From: Eledone cirrhosa
Taxonomy: Eukaryota
Direction of reading: 5' to 3'
Length of the DNA: 64,000 bases
NCBI GenBank assembly: GCA_964016885.1
Contig: OZ024743.1
Coordinates: 240,932,001 to 240,996,000, forward strand
In this document: positions 1 through 16,600 of the stretch, piece by piece
How positions within the stretch are numbered: position 1 is the first letter of the stretch
Layout: each line of letters begins with the position of its first letter
Position numbers and translations under genes: made by a program
Notes under the pieces: generated by a model
The model's input: only the letters and a program-made list of their open reading frames with translations
What the model was told of the DNA's origin: nothing
The model's database searches: none

Positions 1-8
1 GAGAGAGA
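1..8. repeat. (GA)n dinucleotide run at a contig end, truncated by the window start
   Basis: gagagaga directly before the N run; only 8 bp visible. Confidence 0.5.
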
Positions 9-208
9 NNNNNNNNNNNNNNNNNNNNNNNNNNNNNNNNNNNNNNNNNNNNNNNNNNNNNNNNNNNNNNNNNNNNNNNNNNNNNNNNNNNNNNNNNNNN
101 NNNNNNNNNNNNNNNNNNNNNNNNNNNNNNNNNNNNNNNNNNNNNNNNNNNNNNNNNNNNNNNNNNNNNNNNNNNNNNNNNNNNNNNNNNNNNNNNNNNN
201 NNNNNNNN
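9..208. other. Assembly/scaffolding gap of 200 N
   Basis: Exactly 200 N. A round number is typical of a fixed-size placeholder gap, so the true distance is unknown. Confidence 0.97.
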
Positions 209-3200
209 AACCAACAACAAAACCCTATCACCACCACCATCAACAACAACATCATCACAACAACCAACAACAAAACACTATCACCACCACCATCAACAAC
301 AACATCATCATCACAACCAACAAGCAAAACCCTATCACCACCACCATCAACAACAACATCATCACAACAACCAACAACAAAACCCTATCACCACCACCAT
401 CAACAACAACATCATCATCACAACCAACAACAAAACCCTGTCACCACCACCATCAACAACAACATCATCATCACAACCAACAACAAAACCCTATCACCAC
501 CACCATCAACAACAACATCATCACAACAACCAACAACAAAACCCTATCACCACCACCATCAACAACAACATCATCACAACAACCAACAACAAAACCCTAT
601 CACCACCACCATCAACAACAACATCATCACAACATCAAACAACAAAACCCTATCACCACCATCAACAACAACATCATCATCACAACCAACAACAAAACCC
701 TATCACCACCACCATCAACAACAACATCATCACAACAACCAACAACAAAACCCTATCACCACCACCACCAACAACAACATCATCATCACAACCAACAACA
801 AAACCCTATCACCACCACCACCAACAACAACATCATCACAACAACCAACAACAAAACACTATCACCACCACCATCAACAACGACATCATCATCACAACCA
901 ACAACAAAACCCTATCACCACCACCATCAACAACAACATCATCACAACAACCAACAACAAAACCCTATCACCACCACCATCAACAACAACATCATCATCA
1001 CAACCAACAACAAAACCGTGTCACCACCACCATCAACAACAACATCATCATCACAACCAACAACAAAACCCTATCACCACCACCATCAACAACAACATCA
1101 TCACAACATCCAACAACAAAACCCTATCACCACCATCAACAACAACATCATCATCACAACCAACAACAAAACACTATAACCACCACCATCAACAAAAACA
1201 TCATCACAACAACCAAAAACAAAACCCTATCACCACCACCATCAACAACAACATCATCATCACAACCAACAACAAAACCCTATCACCACCACCATCAACA
1301 ACAACAACATCACAACAACCAACAACAAAACCCTATCACCACCACCATCAACAACAACATCATCATCACAACCAACAACAAACCCTGTCACCACCACCAT
1401 CAACAACAACATCATCATCACAACCAACAACAAAACCCTATCACCACCACCATCAACAACGACATCATCACAACATCCAACAACAAAACCCTATCACCAC
1501 CATCAACAACAACACCATCATCACAACCAACAACAAAACCCTATCACCACCACCATCAACAAAAACATCATCACAACAACCAACAACAAAACCCTATCAC
1601 CACCACCATCAACAACAACATCATCATCACAACCCACAACAAAACCCTATCACCACCACCATCAACAACAACATCATCATCACAACCAACAACAAAACCC
1701 TATCACCACCACCATCAACAACAACATCATCATCACAACCAACAACAAAACCCTATCACCACCACCATCAACAAAACATCATCACAACAACCAAAAACAA
1801 AACCCTATCACCACCACCATCAACAACAACATCATCATCACAACCAACAACAAACCCTGTCACCACCACCATCAACAACAACATCATCATCACAACCAAC
1901 AACAAAACCCTATCACCACCACCATCAACAACAACATCATCACAACAACCAACAACAAAACCCTATCACCACCACCACCAACAACAACATCATCATCACA
2001 ACCAACAACAAAACCCTATCACCACCACCATCAACAACAACATCATCACAACAACCAACAACAAAACACTATCACCACCACCATCAACAACAACATCATC
2101 ATCACAACCAACAACAAAACCCTATCAACACCACCATCAACAACAACATCATCACAACAACCAACAACAAAACCCTATCACCACCACCATCAACAACAAC
2201 ATCATATATCACAACCAATAACAAAACCCTGTCACCACCACCATCAACAACAACATCATCATCACAACCAACAACAAAACCCTATCACCACCACCATCAA
2301 CAACAACATCATCACAACAACCAACAACAAAACCCTATCACCACCACCATCAACAACAACATCATCACAACAACACAACAACAAAACCCTATCACCACCA
2401 CCATCAACAACAACATCATCATCACAACCAACAACAAAACCCTGTCACCACCACCATCAACAACAACATCATCATCACAACCAACAACAAAACCCTATCA
2501 CCACCACCATCAACAACAACATCATCACAACAACCAACAACAAAACCCTATCACCACCACCATCAACAACAACATCATCACAACAACCAACAACAAAACC
2601 CTATCACCACCACCATCAACAACAACATCATCACAACAACCAACAACAAAACCCTATCACCACCACCATCAACAACAACATCATCACAACATCAAACAAC
2701 AAAACCCTATCACCACCATCAACAACAACATCATCATCACAACCAACAACAAAACCCTATCACCACCACCATCAACAACAACATCATCACAACAACCAAC
2801 AACAAAACCCTATCACCACCACCACCAACAACAACATCATCACAACAACCAACAACAAAACCCTATCACCACCACCATCAACAAAATCATCATCACAACA
2901 ACCAACAACAAAACCCTATCACCACCACCATCAACAACAACATCATCGCAACAACCAACAAAAAAACCCTATCACCACCACCACCAACAACAACATCATC
3001 ATCACAACCAACAACAAAACCCTATCACCACCACCATCAACAACAACATCATCACAACAACCAACAACAAAACACTATCACCACCACCATCAACAACAAC
3101 ATCATCATCACAACCAACAACAAGACCCTATCACCACCACCATCAACAACAACATCATCACAACAACCACCAACAAAACCCTATCACCACCACCATCAAC

Positions 3201-6200
3201 AACAACATCATCATCACAACCAACAACAAAATCCTGTCACCTCCACCATCAACAACAACATCATCATCACAACCAACAACAAAACCCTATCACCACCACC
3301 ATCAACAACAACATCATCACAACAACCAACAACAAAACCCTATCACCACCACCATCAACAACAACATCATCACAACAACCAACAACAAAACCCTATCACC
3401 ACCACCATCAACAACAACATCATCACAACAACCAACAACAAAACCCTATCACCACCACCATCAACAACAACATCATCACAACATCCAACAACAAAACCCT
3501 ATCACCACCATCAACAACAACATCATCATCACAACCAACAACAAAACCCTATCACCACCACCATCAACAACAACATCATCACAACAACCAACAACAAAAC
3601 CCTATCACCACCACCACCAACAACAACATCATCATCACAACCAACAACAAAACCCTATCACCACCACCATCAACAACAACATCATCACAACAACCAACAA
3701 CAAAACCCTATCACCACCACCATCAACAACAACATCATCATCACAACCAACAACAAAACCCTATCACCACCACCATCAACAACAACATCATCACAACAAC
3801 CAACAACAAAACCCTATCACCACCACCATCAACAACAACATCATCATCACAACCAACAACAAAACCCTGTCACCACCACCATCAACAACAACATCATCAT
3901 CACAACCAACAACAAAACCCTATCACCACCACCATCAACAACAACATCATCACAACATCCAACAACAAAACCCTATCACCACCATCAACAACAACATCAT
4001 CATCACAACCAACAACAAAACCCTATCACCACCACCATCAACAACAACATCATCACAACAACCAACAACAAAACCCTATCACCACCACCATCAACAAAAA
4101 CATCATCACAACAACCAACAACAAAACCCTATCACCACCACCATCAACAACAACATCATCATCACAACCAACAACAAAACCCTATCACCACCACCATCAA
4201 CAACAACATCATCACAACAACCAACAACAAAACCCTATCACCACCACCATCAACAACAACATCATCATCACAACCAACAACAAAACCCTGTCACCACCAC
4301 CATCATCAACAACATCATCCTTCACAACCAACAACAAAACCCTATCACCACCACCATCAACAACAACATCATCACAACATCCAACAACAAAACCCTATCA
4401 CCACCATCAACAACAACATCATCATCACAACCAACAACAAAACCCTATCACCACCACCATCAACAACAACATCATCATCACAACCAACAACAAAACCCTA
4501 TCACCACCACCATCAACAACAACATCATCATCACAACCAACAACAAAACCCTATCACCACCACTATCAACAAAAACATCATCACAACAACCAAAAACAAA
4601 ACCCTATCACCACCACCATCAACAACAACATCATCATCACAACCAACAACAAAACCCTGTCACCACCACCATCAACAACAACATCATCATCAGAACCAAC
4701 AACAAAACCCTATCACCACCACCATCAACAACAACATCATCACAACAACCAACAACAAAACCCTATCACCACCACCACCAACAACAACATCATCATCACA
4801 ACCAACAACAAAACCCTATCACCACCACCATCAACAACAACATCATCACAACAACCAACAACAAAACACTATCACCACCACCATCAACAACAACATCATC
4901 ATCACAACCAACAACAAAACCCTATCACCACCACCATCAACAACAACATCATCACAACAACCAACAACAAAACCCTATCACCACCACCATCAACAACAAC
5001 ATCATCATCACAACCAACAACAAAACCCTGTCACCACCACCATCAACAACAACATCATCATCACAACCAACAACAAAACCCTATCACCACCACCATCAAC
5101 AACAACATCATCACAACAACCAACAACAAAACCCTATCACCACCACCATCAACAACAACATCATCACAACAACCAACAACAAAACCCTATCACCACCACC
5201 ATCAACAACAACATCATCACAACATCAAACAACAAAACCCTATCACCACCATCAACAACAACATCATCATCACAACCAACAACAAAACCCTATCACCACC
5301 ACCATCAACAACAACATCATCACAACAACCAACAACAAAACCCTATCACCACCACCACCAACAACAACATCATCATCACAACCAACAACAAAACCCTATC
5401 ACCACCACCACCAACAACAACATCATCACAACAACCAACAACAAAACACTATCACCACCACCATCAACAACGACATCATCATCACAACCAACAACAAAAC
5501 CCTATCACCACCACCATCAACAACAACAACATCACAACAACCAACAACAAAACCCTATCACCACCATCAACAACAACATCATCATCACAACCAACAACAA
5601 AACACTATAACCACCACCATCAACAAAAACATCATCACAACAACCAAAAACAAAACCCTATCACCACCACCATCAACAACAACATCATCATCACAACCAA
5701 CAACAAAACCCTATCACCACCACCATCAACAACAACAACATCACAACAACCAACAACAAAACCCTATCACCACCACCATCAACAACAACATCATCATCAC
5801 AACCAACAACAAACCCTGTCACCACCACCATCAACAACAACATCATCATCACAACCAACAACAAAACCCTATCACCACCACCATCAACAACGACATCATC
5901 ACAACATCCAACAACAAAACCCTATCACCACCATCAACAACAACATCATCATCACAACCAACAACAAAACCCTATCACCACCACCATCAACAAAAACATA
6001 ATCACAACAACCAACAACAAAACCCTATCACCACCACCATCAACAACAACATCATCATCACAACCCACAACAAAACCCTATCACCACCACCATCAACAAC
6101 AACATCATCATCACAACCAACAACAAAACCCTATCACCACCACCATCAACAACAACATCATCATCACAACCAACAACAAAACCCTATCACCACCACCATC

Positions 6201-8300
6201 AACAAAAACATCATCACAACAACCAAAAACAAAACCCTATCACCACCACCATCAACAACAACATCATCATCACAACCAACAACAAAACCCTGTCACCACC
6301 ACCATCAACAACAACATCATCATCACAACCAACAACAAAACCCTATCACCACCACCATCAACAACAACATCATCACAACAACCAACAACAAAACCCTATC
6401 ACCACCACCACCAACAACAACATCATTATCACAACCAACAACAAAACCCTATCACCACCACCATCAACAACAACATCATCACAACAACCAACAACAAAAC
6501 ACTATCACCACCACCATCAACAACAACATCATCATCACAACCAACAACAAAACCCTATCACCACCACCATCAACAACAACATCATCACAACAACCAACAA
6601 CAAAACCCTATCACCACCACCATCAACAACAACATCATATATCACAACCAACAACAAAACCCTGTCACCACCACCATCAACAACAACATCATCATCACAA
6701 CCAACAACAAAACCCTATCACCACCACCATCAACAACAACATCATCACAACAACCAACAACAAAACCCTATCACCACCACCATCAACAACAACATCATCA
6801 CAACAACCAACAACAAAACCCTATCACCACCACCATCAACAACAACATCATCATCACAACCAACAACAAAACCCTGTCACCACCACCATCAACAACAACA
6901 TCATCATCACAACCAACAACAAAACCCTATCACCACCACCATCAACAACAACATCATCACAACAACCAACAACAAAACCCTATCACCACCACCATCAACA
7001 ACAACATCATCACAACAACCAACAACAAAACCCTATCACCACCACCATCAACAACAACATCATCACAACAACCAACAACAAAACCCTATCACCACCACCA
7101 TCAACAACAACATCATCACAACATCAAACAACAAAACCCTATCACCACCATCAACAACAACATCATCATCACAACCAACAACAAAACCCTATCACCACCA
7201 CCATCAACAACAACATCATCACAACAACCAACAACAAAACCCTATCACCACCACCACCAACAACAACATCATCACAACAACCAACAACAAAACCCTATCA
7301 CCACCACCATCAACAAAATCATCATCACAACAACCAACAACAAAACCCTATCACCACCACCATCAACAACAACATCATCGCAACAACCAACAAAAAACCC
7401 TATCACCACCACCACCAACAACAACATCATCATCACAACCAACAACAAAACCCTATCACCACCACCATCAACAACAACATCATCACAACAACCAACAACA
7501 AAACACTATCACCACCACCATCAACAACAACATCATCATCACAACCAACAACAAGACCCTATCACCACCACCATCAACAACAACATCATCACAACAACCA
7601 CCAACAAAACCCTATCACCACCACCATCAACAACAACATCATCATCACAACCAACAACAAAATCCTGTCACCTCCACCATCAACAACAACATCATCATCA
7701 CAACCAACAACAAAACCCTATCACCACCACCATCAACAACAACATCATCACAACAACCAACAACAAAACCCTATCACCACCACCATCAACAACAACATCA
7801 TCACAACAACCAACAACAAAACCCTATCACCACCACCATCAACAACAACATCATCACAACAACCAACAACAAAACCCTATCACCACCACCATCAACAACA
7901 ACATCATCACAACATCCAACAACAAAACCCTATCACCACCATCAACAACAACATCATCATCACAACCAACAACAAAACCCTATCACCACCACCATCAACA
8001 ACAACATCATCACAACAACCAACAACAAAACCCTATCACCACCACCACCAACAACAACATCATCATCACAACCAACAACAAAACCCTATCACCACCACCA
8101 TCAACAACAACATCATCACAACAACCAACAACAAAACACTATCACCACCACCATCAACAACAACATCATCATCACAACCAACAACAAAACCCTATCACCA
8201 CCACCATCAACAACAACATCATCACAACAACCAACAACAAAACCCTATCACCACCACCATCAACAACAACATCATCATCACAACCAACAACAAAACCCTA
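209..8300 (+). repeat. Approximately 4.4-4.6-kb tandem duplication within the array
   Basis: Shared rare variants: cgacatc 881/5471 (offset 4590); tataa 1175/5606 and ccc(ac) 1633/6064 (4431); tatat 2205/6638 (4433); G of catcgc 2948/7380 (4432). Ends approximate. Confidence 0.75.
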
Positions 8301-10620
8301 TCACCACCACCATCAACAACAACATCATCACAACAACCAACAACAAAACCCTATCACCACCACCATCAACAACAACATCATCATCACAACCCACAACAAA
8401 ACCCTATCACCACCACCATCAACAACAACATCATCATCACAACCAACAACAAAACCCTATCACCACCACCATCAACAACAACATCATCATCACAACCAAC
8501 AACAAAACCCTATCACCACCACCATCAACAAAAACATCATCACAACAACCAAAAACAAAACCCTATCACCACCACCATCAACAACAACATCATCATCACA
8601 ACCAACAACAAAACCCTGTCACCACCACCATCAACAACAACATCATCATCACAACCAACAACAAAACCCTATCACCACCACCATCAACAACAACATCATC
8701 ACAACAACCAACAACAAAACCCTATCACCACCACCACCAACAACAACATCATCATCACAACCAACAACAAAACCCTATCACCACCACCATCAACAACAAC
8801 ATCATCACAACAACCAACAACAAAACACTATCACCACCACCATCAACAACAACATCATCATCACAACCAACAACAAAACCCTATCACCACCACCATCAAC
8901 AACAACATCATCACAACAACCAACAACAAAACCCTATCACCACCACCATCAACAACAACATCATATATCACAACCAACAACAAAACCCTGTCACCACCAC
9001 CATCAACAACAACATCATCATCACAACCAACAACAAAACCCTATCACCACCACCATCAACAACAACATCATCACAACAACCAACAACAAAACCCTATCAC
9101 CACCACCATCAACAACAACATCATCACAACAACCAACAACAAAACCCTATCACCACCACCATCAACAACAACATCATCATCACAACCAACAACAAAACCC
9201 TGTCACCACCACCATCAACAACAACATCATCATCACAACCAACAACAAAACCCTATCACCACCACCATCAACAACAACATCATCACAACAACCAACAACA
9301 AAACCCTATCACCACCACCATCAACAACAACATCATCACAACAACCAACAACAAAACCCTATCACCACCACCATCAACAACAACATCATCACAACAACCA
9401 ACAACAAAACCCTATCACCACCACCATCAACAACAACATCATCACAACATCAAACAACAAAACCCTATCACCACCATCAACAACAACATCATCATCACAA
9501 CCAACAACAAAACCCTATCACCACCACCATCAACAACAACATCATCACAACAACCAACAACAAAACCCTATCACCACCACCACCAACAACAACATCATCA
9601 CAACAACCAACAACAAAACCCTATCACCACCACCATCAACAAAATCATCATCACAACAACCAACAACAAAACCCTATCACCACCACCATCAACAACAACA
9701 TCATCGCAACAACCAACAAAAAACCCTATCACCACCACCACCAACAACAACATCATCATCACAACCAACAACAAAACCCTAACACCACCACCATCAACAA
9801 CAACATCATCACAACAACCAACAACAAAACACTATCACCACCACCATCAACAACAACATCATCATCACAACCAACAACAAGACCCTATCACCACCACCAT
9901 CAACAACAACATCATCACAACAACCACCAACAAAACCCTATCACCACCACCATCAACAACAACATCATCATCACAACCAACAACAAAACCCTGTCACCTC
10001 CACCATCAACAACAACATCATCATCACAACCAACAACAAAACCCTATCACCACCACCATCAACAACAACATCATCACAACAACCAACAACAAAACCCTAT
10101 CACCACCACCATCAACAACAACATCATCACAACAACCAACAACAAAACCCTATCACCACCACCATCAACAACAATATCATCAGAACAACCAACAACAAAA
10201 CCCTATCACCACCACCATCAACAACAACATCATCACAACATCCAACAACAAAACCCTATCACCACCATCAACAACAACATCATCATCACAACCAACAACA
10301 AAACCCTATCACCACCACCATCAACAACAACATCATCACAACAACCAACAACAAAACCCTATCACCACCACCACCAACAACAACATCATCATCACAACCA
10401 ACAACAAAACCCTATCACCACCACCATCAACAACAACATCATCACAACAACCAACAACAAAACACTATCACCACCACCATCAACAACAACATCATCATCA
10501 CAACCAACAACAAAACCCTATCACCACCACCATCAACAACAACATCATCACAACAACCAACAACAAAACCCTATCACCACCACCATCAACAACAACATCA
10601 TCATCACAACCAACAACAAA
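6030..10620 (+). repeat. 2,326-bp tandem duplication (about 44 monomers)
   Basis: ccc(ac) 6064/8390, tatat 6638/8964 and G of catcgc 7380/9706 are all offset by 2326. Ends approximate. Confidence 0.8.
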
Positions 10621-13600
10621 ACCCTATCACCACCACCATCAACAACAACATCATCACAACATCCAACAACAAAACCCTATCACCACCATCAACAACAACA
10701 TCATCATCACAACCAACAACAAAACCCTGTCACCACCACCATCAACAAAAACATCATCACAACAACCAACAACAAAACCCTATCACCACCACCATCAATA
10801 ACAACATCATCATCACAACCAACAACAAAACCCTATCACCACAACATCAACAAAAACATCATCACAACAACCAACAACAAAACCCTATCACCACCACCAT
10901 CAACAACAACATCATCATCACAACCAACAACAAAACCCTGTCACCACCACCATCAACAAAAACATCATCACAACAACCAACAACAAAACCCTATCACCAC
11001 CACCATCAACAACAACATCATCATCACAACCAACAACAAAACCCTATCACCACCACCATCAACAACAACATCATCACAACAACCAACAACAAAACCCTAT
11101 CACCACCACCATCAACAACAACATCATCATCACAACCAACAACAAACCCTGTCACCACCACCATCAACAACAACATCATCATCACAACCAACAACAAAAC
11201 CCTATAACCACCACCATCAACAACAACATCATCACAACATCCAACAACAAAACCCTATCACCACCATCAACAACAACATCATCATCACAACCAACAACAA
11301 AACCCTATCACCACCACCATCAACAAAAACATCATCACAACAACCAACAACAAAACACTATCACCACCACCATCAACAACAACATCATCATCACAACCAA
11401 CAACAAAACCCTATCACCACCACCATCAACAACAACATCATCACAACAACCAACAACAAAACCCTATCACCACCACCATCAACAACAACATCATCATCAC
11501 AACCAACAACAAAACCCTGTCACCACCACCATCATCAACAACATCATCATCACAACCAACAACAAAACCCTATCACCACCACCATCAACAACAACATCAT
11601 CACAACATCCAACAACAAAACCCTATCACCACCATCAACAACAACATCATCATCACAACCAACAACAAAACCCTATCACCACCACCATCAACAAAAACAT
11701 CATCACAACAACCAAAAACAAAACCCTATCACCACCACCATCAACAACAACATCATCATCACAACCAACAACAAAACCCTGTCACCACCACCATCAACAA
11801 CAACATCATCATAAGAACCAACAACAAAACCCTAACACCACCACCATCAACAACAACATCATCACAACAACCAACAACAAAACCCTATCACCACCACCAC
11901 CAACAACAACATCATCATCACAACCAACAACAAAACCCTATCACCACCACCATCAACAACAACATCATCACAACAACCAACAACAAAACACTATCACCAC
12001 CAGCATCAACAACATCATCATCACAACCAACAACAAAACCCTATCACCACCACCATCAACAACAACATCATCACAACAACCAACAACAAAACCCTATCAC
12101 CACCACCATCAACAACAACATCATCATCACAACCAACAACAAAACCCTGTCACCACCACCATCAACAACAACACCATCATCACAACCAACAACAAAACCC
12201 TATCACCACCACCATCAACAACAACATCATCACAACAACCAACAACAAAACCCTATCACCACCACCATCAACAACAACATCATCACAACAACCAACAACA
12301 AAACCCTATCACCACCACCATCAACAACAACATCATCACAACAACCAACAACAAAACCCTATCACCACCACCATCAACAACAACATCATCACAACATCAA
12401 ACAACCAAACCCTATCACCACCATCAACAACAACATCATCATCACAACCAACAACAAAACCCTATCACCACCACCATCAACAACAACAGCATCACAACAA
12501 CCAACAACAAAACCCTATCACCACCACCACCAACAACAACATCATCATCACAACCAACAACAAAACCCTATCACCAACACCACCAACAACAACATCATCA
12601 CAACAACCAACAACAAAACACTATCACCACCACCATCAACAACAACATCATCACAACATCCAACAACAAAACCCTATCACCACCATCAACAACAACATCA
12701 TCATCACAACCAACAACAAAACCCTATCACCACCACCATCAACAAAAACATCATCACAACAACCAAAAACAAAACCCTATCACCACCACCATCAACAACA
12801 ACATCATCATCACAACCAACAACAAAACCCTATCAGAACAACATCAACAAAAACATCATCACCACAACCAACAACAAAACCCTATCACCACCACCATCAA
12901 CAACAACATCATCATCACAACCAACAACAAAACCCTATCACCACCACCATCCACAAAAACATCATCACAACAACCAACAACAAAACCCTATCACCACCAC
13001 CATCAACAACAACATCATCATCACAACCAACAACAAAACCCTATCACCACCACCATCAACAACAACATCATCACAACAACCAACAACAAAACCCTATCAC
13101 CACCACCATCAACAACAACATCATCATCACAACCAACAACAAAACCCTGTCACCACAACCATCAACAACAACATCATCATCACAACCAACAACAAAACCC
13201 TATCACCACCACCATCAACAACAACATCATCACAACATCCAACAACAAAACCCTATCACCACCACCATCAACAACAACATCATCACAACATCCAACAACA
13301 AAACCCTATCACCACCATCAACAACAACATCATCATCACAACCAACAACAAAACCCTATCACCACCACCATCAACAAAAACATCATCACAACAACCAACA
13401 ACAAAACCCTATCACCACCACCATCAACAACAACATCATCATCACAACCCACAACAAAACCCTATCACCACCACCATCAACAACAACATCATCATCACAA
13501 CCAACAACAAAACCCTATCACCACCACCATCAACAACAACATCATCATCACAACCAACAACAAAACCCTATCACCACCACCATCAACAAAAACATCATCA

Positions 13601-16600
13601 CAACAACCAAAAACAAAACCCTATCACCACCCCCATCAACAACAACATCATCATCACAACCAACAACAAAACCCTGTCACCACCACCATCAACAACAACA
13701 TCATCATCACAACCAACAACAAAACCCTATCACCACCAACATCAACAACAACATCATCATCACAACCAACAACAAAACCCTGTGACCACCACCATCAACA
13801 ACAACATCATCATCACAACCAACAACAAAACCCTATCACCACCACCATCAACAACAACATCATCACAACATCCAACAACAAAACCCTATCACCACCATCA
13901 ACAACAACATCATCATCACAACCAACAACAAAACCCTATCACCACCACCATCAACAACAACATCATCACAACAACCAACAACAAAACCCTATCACCACCA
14001 CCATCAACAAAAACATCATCACAACAACCAACAACAAAACCCTATCACCACCACCATCAACAACAACATCATCATCACAACCAACAACAAAACCCTATCA
14101 CCACCACCATCAACAACAACATCATCACAACAACCAACAACAAAACCCTATCACCACCACCATCAACAACAACATCATCATCACAACCAACAACAAAACC
14201 CTGTCACCACCACCATCATCAACAACATCATCATCACAACCAACAACAAAACCCTATCACCACCACCATCAACAACAACATCATCACAACATCCAACAAC
14301 AAAACCCTATCACCACCATCAACAACAACATCATCATCACAACCAACAACAAAACCCTATCACCACCACCATCAACAACAACATCATCATCACAACCAAC
14401 AACAAAACCCTATCACCACCACCATCAACAACAACATCATCATCACAACCAACAACAAAACCCTATCACCACCACCATCAACAAAAACATCATCACAACA
14501 ACCAAAAACAAAACCCTATCACCACCACCATCAACAACAACATCATCATCACAACCAACAACAAAACCCTGTCACCACCACCATCAACAACAACATCATC
14601 ATCAGAACCAACAACAAAACCCTATCACCACCACCATCAACAACAACATCATCACAACAACCAACAACAAAACCCTATCACCACCACCACCAACAACAAC
14701 ATCATCATCACAACCAACAACAAAACCCTATCACCACCACCATCAACAACAATATCATCACAACAACCAACAACAAAACACTATCACCACCACCATCATC
14801 ATCACAACCAACAACAAAACCCTATCACCACCACCATCAACAACAACATCATCACAACAACCAACAAAACCCTATCACCACCACCATCAACAACAACATC
14901 ATCATCACAACCAACAACAAATCCCTGTCACCACCACCATCAACAACAACATCATCATCACAACCAACAACAAAACCCTATCACCACCACCATCAACAAC
15001 AACATCATCACAACAACCAACAACAAAACCCTATCACCACCACCATCAACAACAACATCATCACAACAACGAACAACAAAACACTATCACCACCACCATC
15101 AACAACAACATCATCACAACAACCAACAACAAAACCCTATCACCACCACCATCAACAACAACATCATCACAACATCAAACAACAAAACCCTATCACCACC
15201 ATCAACAACATCATCACAACAACCAACAACAAAACCCTATCACCACCACCATCAACAACAACATCATCATCACAACCAACAACAAAACCCTATCACCACC
15301 ACCATCAACAACAACATCATCACAACAACCAACAACAAAACCCTATCACCACCACCATCAACAACAACATCATCACAACAACGAACAACAAAACACTATC
15401 ACCACCACCATCAACAACAACATCATCACAACAACCAACAACAAAACCCTATCACCACCACCATCAACAACAACATCATCACAACATCAAACAACAAAAC
15501 CCTATCACCACCATCAACAACATCATCACAACAACCAACAACAAAACCCTATCACCACCACCACCAACAACAACATCATCATCACAACCAACAACAAAAC
15601 CCTATCACCACCACCACCAACAACATCATCATAACAACCAATAACAAAACACTATCACCACCACCATCAACAACGACATCATCATCACAACCAACAACAA
15701 AACCCTATCACCACCACCATCAACAACAACATCATCTCAACAACCAACAACAAAACCCTATCACCACCACCATCAACAACAACATCATCATCACAACCAA
15801 CAACAAAACCCTGTCACCACCACCATCAACAACAACATCATCATCAGAACCAACAACAAAACCCTATCACCACCACCATCAACAACAACATCATCACAAC
15901 AACCAACAACAAAACCCTATCACCACCACCACCAACAACAACATCATCATCACAACCAACAACAAAACCCTATCACCACCACCATCAACAACAACATCAT
16001 CACAACAACCAACAACAAAACACTATCACCACCACCATCAACAACAACATCATCATCACAACCAACAACAAAACCCTATCACCACCACCATCAACAACAA
16101 CATCATCACAACAACCAACAACAAAACCCTATCACCACCACCATCAACAACAACATCATCATCACAACCAACAACAAAACCCTGTCACCACCACCATCAA
16201 CAACAACATCATCATCACAACCAACAACAAAACCCTATCACCACCACCATCAACAACAACATCATCACAACAACCAACAACAAAACCCTATCACCACGAC
16301 CATCAACAACAACATCATCACAACAACGAACAACAAAACCCTGTCACCACAACCATCAACAACAACATCATCACAACAACCAACAACAAAACCCTATCAC
16401 CACCACCATCAACAACAACATCATCACAACATCAAACAACAAAACCCTATCACCACCATCAACAACAACATCATCATCACAACCAACAACAAAACCCTAT
16501 CACCACCACCATCAACAACAACATCATCACAACAACCAACAACAAAACCCTATCACCACCACCACCAACAACAACATCATCATCACAACCAACAACAAAA

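Noticed and set aside
1175-1180. TATAA-like motifs (1175, 5606, about 11203, about 59140 and others)
   Set aside because: Single-base variants of CTATCA in the monomer with no promoter context.
11997-12004. E. coli Chi site GCTGGTGG on the minus strand (also about 22783 and 37314)
   Set aside because: A single C>G change in a CAC run produces it, and there is no bacterial context.
13782-15644. 620-aa ORF and its copy at 23883-25745
   Set aside because: Starts at a GTG created by a point variant (cctgtgacc) inside the satellite. The product is just the translated repeat, with no unique domain, signal peptide or flanking gene structure.
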